The notes under the pieces were generated by a model that ran no database searches, was not told the origin of the DNA, and worked only from the letters and a program-made list of their open reading frames with translations. Position numbers and translations under genes: made by a program. Source: Myxococcota bacterium (lineage in GTDB: Bacteria > Myxococcota > JACRCW01). Taken from it: 31,168 nt of DNA. Every line of letters starts with the position of its first letter. Positions within the stretch are counted from its first letter, which is position 1. Shown piece by piece: positions 27,663 to 31,168 of this stretch. The stretch lies in the NCBI GenBank assembly GCA_040752415.1, contig JBFMGU010000123.1, positions 1-31,168 of the forward strand, given 5' to 3'.

Positions 27663-28483
27663 GCCGTTCCCTCCCGGAAGACCAGGGACGCGTAGCCCAC
27701 CACCCGCGAGCGATCTCCCGCGGTGTCGCCGGAGTTGCGGTAGTCCAGCAGCGCCGGCTCAAGCTGCTTGCGCCGTGCCAGCGTGAGCAGACCGTTGACC
27801 GGCGTGGCGCCGCAGGCCTGCTCGTGGTCCACCCCAGGGTCCAGGCTCAGGATGGTGGACGTGGTGCCCAGGTCGGTGTCTCGCGCCACGTCATACGGAA
27901 GATAGTGGGAGAGATCAGACGAGATGATGATCAGCGTGCCGGGAAGGGTGCGCAGCTGCTCCAGCAGGTCGGCCACGTCGTCGGGGCGGGCGCTGCCAAC
28001 CGCCACCATCAGCATGGGCAGGTCTCCCAGCACACGCTGCAGGAACGGGAGCTGGACCTCCATGGAGTGCTCGGTGCAGTGCGGGAGGTCGTCCACGGTC
28101 ACCGTCGGCAAACGCTGCGCCAGGGTTGCGGCGGCTGCGTCCACCGGGATGGTGCCCAGCGGCGTGGCGTAGGCCTCCGCGGTGGGAATGGCCATGCCCC
28201 GCAGCATCACGCGGTGTGAGGGACCCAGCACCACCACGCGCTGGAAGCGCTCCCGCTCGGCACCCACGGCGCGGTAGCCGGTGGCGGCAATCGGGCCGGA
28301 GTAGATGTAGCCCGCGTGGGGCATGATGAACGCCGCGGCCGGTTTTCCGTCGTGGGCGGGCGCGCGGGCCGCAGCGAGCATGGTGTCCAGCATGGTGGAG
28401 AGCTCGGAGGCGTTGGCGGGATAGAACATGCCGGCCACGGCGGGAGGACGGACGCGCTCTTGCAACTTCCGCATGGATTTCAC
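27659..28483 (-). CDS. amrB: AmmeMemoRadiSam system protein B (MEMO1 family)
   Basis: RPPAVAGMFYP, PHAGYIYSG, GPSH, EHSMEVQLPFLQ, SSDLSHY, ACG, NSGD...VVGYA; overlaps the amrS start. Confidence 0.95.
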   Translation of the reverse strand: MKSMRKLQERVRPPAVAGMFYPANASELSTMLDTMLAAARAPAHDGKPAAAFIMPHAGYIYSGPIAATGYRAVGAERERFQRVVVLGPSHRVMLRGMAIPTAEAYATPLGTIPVDAAAATLAQRLPTVTVDDLPHCTEHSMEVQLPFLQRVLGDLPMLMVAVGSARPDDVADLLEQLRTLPGTLIIISSDLSHYLPYDVARDTDLGTTSTILSLDPGVDHEQACGATPVNGLLTLARRKQLEPALLDYRNSGDTAGDRSRVVGYASLVFREGTA

Positions 28484-28761
28484 CCCGTGATGACCGCCCC
28501 GTGTGGTGCACGGCGCGCGCCAGGAGCGTCAGGGATACCACGCGGCAGCGATGGGGGTCCGCGTGGGGACGACGAGGACGTAACGTCACGGCTCGCGCGC
28601 CACCAACCCCGGACTGCAACGCGGACGCAAGAGCAGCGTCGTGGTGACGTCGGGATGGCTTCCGCTGTCGGCGTGGCTCTCACGGGCACCGCAGCCAGGA
28701 CCGGCGTGTTGTGCTGGCGAGGACGCCAGACCGCAACGCCGTCGGGCTCCCGTCGATGTCC

Positions 28762-28807
28762 ATAAACAACATCAATCATATTCCTAAAAACAATCCATTG
28801 GAATGAT
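28762..28807. promoter_or_regulatory. AT-rich LysR-type operator (T-N11-A boxes) upstream of tauE-sdhC
   Basis: ATAA-N7-CAAT-N7-CTAA-N7-CCAT; T-N11-A at 28763/28775, 28785/28797 and 28794/28806; the most AT-rich stretch in the window. Confidence 0.7.
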
Positions 28808-28851
28808 GGCATTACCGCCCGTACCTTGAGCGCATCCGAGGAGGTGCGAGC

Positions 28852-29565
28852 GTGCTGGCGTGGATTCCCCTGATGGGCGTGGCGGCGGGAGCGCTGACCA
28901 CGGTGGCCGGGCTGGGTGGCGGGATGCTGCTGTTGCTGGCCCTCTCGATGATCGTGGACCCCGCGGTGGCGCTGGCCGCCACGGCGCCGGCGTTGCTGGT
29001 GGGCAATGCGCACCGGGCGTGGATCTACCGCGCGCAGATTGACCGCGAGGTGGCCACCCGCTTTGCGCTGGGCGCGTTTCCCGGAAGCCTGCTGGGAGGC
29101 TTGGTGGCGGCGGCGGTGCCGGGCTTCGTGCTGCGTTACGTGATGGTGGCCCTGGTTGCCCTGGCGGTGCTGCGCGCCAGTGGGAGGATGCGCTGGTCGC
29201 CGCCGCGCGCGCTGATGACGCCGGTGGCCCTGGGCATTGGCGCGTTGACCGCCACCGGCGGCGGCGCGGCGGTGCTGGTGGCGCCCCTGATGTCCGCGGC
29301 GGGATTGACGGCGGAGCGTTACGTCGCCACCACGGCCACGGCGGCGGTGGCCATGCACGTGGGAAGACTGGCCGCGTACGGCGCGGGTGGCCTGCTCAGT
29401 ACGCAGGTGTTGCAGCTGGGCGCGCTGCTGACGGTGACCATCCTGCTCGGCAACGTGGTGGGACAGTGGTTGCGACGACGCATGCACGCGGGTCTCTCCG
29501 CGCGCGTGGAGCTGGGAGTGATGTTGGTGTGCTGCGGACTGGCGCTGGCCGGCGTGCAGCGTTGA
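28852..29565 (+). CDS. Sulfite exporter TauE/SafE family permease
   Basis: GAGGAGG RBS; AGLGGGMLLL N-terminal motif, about 8 TM segments, GGGAAVLVAP second-repeat motif. Confidence 0.85.
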   Translation: MLAWIPLMGVAAGALTTVAGLGGGMLLLLALSMIVDPAVALAATAPALLVGNAHRAWIYRAQIDREVATRFALGAFPGSLLGGLVAAAVPGFVLRYVMVALVALAVLRASGRMRWSPPRALMTPVALGIGALTATGGGAAVLVAPLMSAAGLTAERYVATTATAAVAMHVGRLAAYGAGGLLSTQVLQLGALLTVTILLGNVVGQWLRRRMHAGLSARVELGVMLVCCGLALAGVQR

Positions 29566-29576
29566 GGAGTGGAGCC

Positions 29577-30236
29577 ATGACGACGATGCAGATGGCCGTG
29601 CGCAGCACCGTGGGACGCAAGGTGCTGATGGCGCTCAGTGGTGCGGGCATCCTGGGATGGTTGGTGCTGCACGTGGCGGGCAACCTGCTGGTGTTCCGCG
29701 GTGCGGAGGTCATCAACGGCTACGGCCGCATGCTGCACGAGAACCCGCTGCTGCTCTGGGGCCAGCGGCTCGCCATTGGCACGCTGCTGCTGGTCCACGT
29801 GGTCACCGCGGCGCAACTGGAAGGCGTGCGACGCACCGCGCGACCGCAGCGCTACACCGTGGTGCAGCCATCAACGGAGAGCCGCGCCGCGCGCGCCATG
29901 CGTTTCACCGGTCCCGCGGTGCTCGTGATCTTCGTCTATCACCTGATGCTCTTCACCTTCGGCAACGCGCACCCGGACTTCGTCGTCGGCGACGTGCACC
30001 ACAACCTGACCGTGGGGCTCTCGTCGCTGGTCCCCGTGGTGGCGCACGTGATGCTCATGCTGCTGGTGGGGTGGCACCTCTTCCACGGCGGGCGCAGCCT
30101 GTTCTACTCCCTGGGGCTCGTGCACCCGACGTACGAGGCGCGGGTGACGCGCGTGGTGCGTGCGGGAGTGTTGGCGCTGGTGGCGTTGGGCATGCTGATC
30201 CCGGTGGGCCTCGCGCTGGGCGTGGGCGGTTCCTGA
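29577..30236 (+). CDS. sdhC: Succinate dehydrogenase/fumarate reductase cytochrome b subunit (b558 type)
   Basis: STVGRKVLMALSG, LHVAGNL, LVHV, YHL, WHLFHG...SLG; five TM helices with four candidate haem His residues; GGAG RBS. Confidence 0.9.
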   Translation: MTTMQMAVRSTVGRKVLMALSGAGILGWLVLHVAGNLLVFRGAEVINGYGRMLHENPLLLWGQRLAIGTLLLVHVVTAAQLEGVRRTARPQRYTVVQPSTESRAARAMRFTGPAVLVIFVYHLMLFTFGNAHPDFVVGDVHHNLTVGLSSLVPVVAHVMLMLLVGWHLFHGGRSLFYSLGLVHPTYEARVTRVVRAGVLALVALGMLIPVGLALGVGGS

Positions 30237-30299
30237 CAGTCCGCGCCTTCTTGATGCAACGCAGCCGCGCGCTCCCGACGACAACCGCGGGATACGCTG

Positions 30300-30379
30300 C
30301 TCCCGCCCACCAGCAGATGCTCAACCCTGCCCGCGGCGAACTCCGCCAACAGATCGATCAAATCGCGGTGGAGTGCCAT
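30300..30379 (-). pseudogene. Truncated nucleotidyltransferase (N-terminal remnant)
   Basis: MALHRDLIDLLAEFAAGRVEHLLVGG resembles the start of a pol-beta-type NTase family (DF..LL..F....V.YL.VGG.A...HG.PR.T.D.D); similarity stops after VGG and the DxD motif is missing. Confidence 0.6.
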
Positions 30380-30551
30380 CCCCGGTCTCCAGTTGGTACG
30401 CGTGCTCCGCCATCTCCTGGACCGCGGCAAGGCGGGTGAGCGGGTCGGCGTGTGCCCAGAAAGCCAGCTCATGCTCCAGGGCGGCGGCCGGCGGCGTCAC
30501 ACCGCCCAGCCATTGAGCTCGTCGACGGGCTGCACGATCTTCGGAATCCAT
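30321..30551 (-). CDS. Small protein of the type found overlapping nucleotidyltransferase genes (antitoxin-like partner)
   Basis: ELAFWAHADPLTRLAAVQEM...PRFDRSV..VRR; its 3' end overlaps the NTase remnant by 59 nt; TGcTATCGT lies 6 nt before the ATG. Confidence 0.65.
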   Translation of the reverse strand: MDSEDRAARRRAQWLGGVTPPAAALEHELAFWAHADPLTRLAAVQEMAEHAYQLETGDGTPPRFDRSVGGVRRGQG

Positions 30552-30696
30552 GTTCGCACGATAGCACGCGACGCGGGCAGCGTCAGGACCCTCGGAGTCG
30601 CCACACACCTCCCCTGCGCCACCTCTCGCACGGGGGAAAAAGCGCGCGCGCCGTCACACCCGTGCTATGAATGCGCCAACGTGTGATGGATGCGCC

Positions 30697-31168
30697 ATGG
30701 CGACGAGCGGTCTGGACATCGTGCTTGGCAAGCTGCTCCTCAAGCAGGGGCTGCTGGACCAGACGCAGCTCGACGGCCTGACCGCGCTGCAGGCCGCGGA
30801 CCCGAGCATGACGCTGCCGGGGCTCCTCGTCGACGCGGGGATTGTGACCCAGGCCCAGCTGGACATGCTGGTGGCGCAGGCCCAGCAGTTCCTGGCGCGA
30901 CAACAGGCCAACGCCCCGGCACGCGTGCCCACCGCAACCATTCCCGCCGCGCCCGCCGGCGCGCCGCAGCGCACGCAGACCGGCAACGTCGCGGTGATGC
31001 CCGCGGGGACGCCCGCGCCACAGCCCGCCCCCGTCGGTGCACCGGTGCGCACGCAGACCGGCAACGTCGCGGTGATGCCGGCACCCCCCTCGCCCGCCGC
31101 GCGCACGGGCAACACCAACGTCGGCCCCGCGCCGGCGCGCACGCCCACCAACCCGGCGCACCCCGCCG
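30697..31168 (+). CDS. 3'-partial protein with N-terminal MshEN-like domain and Pro/Ala-rich linker
   Basis: Not in the ORF track because it runs off the window; MATSGLDIVLGKLLLKQGLLDQTQLDGL...TLPGLLVDAGIVTQAQLDML resembles tandem LGxxLxxxGxxxxxQL motifs. Confidence 0.75.
   Translation, partial: MATSGLDIVLGKLLLKQGLLDQTQLDGLTALQAADPSMTLPGLLVDAGIVTQAQLDMLVAQAQQFLARQQANAPARVPTATIPAAPAGAPQRTQTGNVAVMPAGTPAPQPAPVGAPVRTQTGNVAVMPAPPSPAARTGNTNVGPAPARTPTNPAHPA
30969..31079 (+). repeat. 33-bp exact direct repeat encoding RTQTGNVAVMP
   Basis: GCGCACGCAGACCGGCAACGTCGCGGTGATGCC at 30969-31001 and 31047-31079. Confidence 0.85.

Noticed and set aside
28680..28763. Remnant LysR gene starting MDID next to the operator
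   Set aside because: The 27-codon frame shows no helix-turn-helix similarity after the first residues.
1..31168. Many long overlapping ORFs (e.g. 2227..3819-, 3516..5198-, 7096..8616+, 26607..27695+)
   Set aside because: Arg/Ala/Gly/His-rich antisense or off-frame shadows of real genes, expected at this GC content.

Overview
High-GC (about 70% by eye), densely coding window that looks Myxococcota-like: many lipoproteins with DAG/DGG and Ser-rich linkers, a Ser/Thr kinase-PEGA gene and an MshEN-like gene. Recognisable genes are trpS, ttcA, AmmeMemoRadiSam amrS/amrB, a LysR regulator, a TauE/SafE exporter, an orphan sdhC, a TonB protein and a histidine kinase. The most unusual signals are: (1) two unrelated 250-300 bp near-palindromes (9715-10012 and 20674-20921), each just downstream of a signal-peptide-less putative effector locus; (2) a HExxH zincin gene followed by an apparently catalytically dead staphylococcal-nuclease-fold gene and then the second hairpin, whose mismatches are mostly G-U pairs on the antisense strand; (3) a peptidoglycan-binding/Tlde1-like L,D-peptidase; (4) a frameshifted ceramidase-like lipoprotein; (5) a small two-CxxCH lipoprotein; (6) an apparent rearrangement junction where sdhC lacks sdhAB and abuts a truncated nucleotidyltransferase. 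All family assignments are by-eye motif recognition; no searches were run. No rRNA, tRNA, CRISPR array or transposase was seen.
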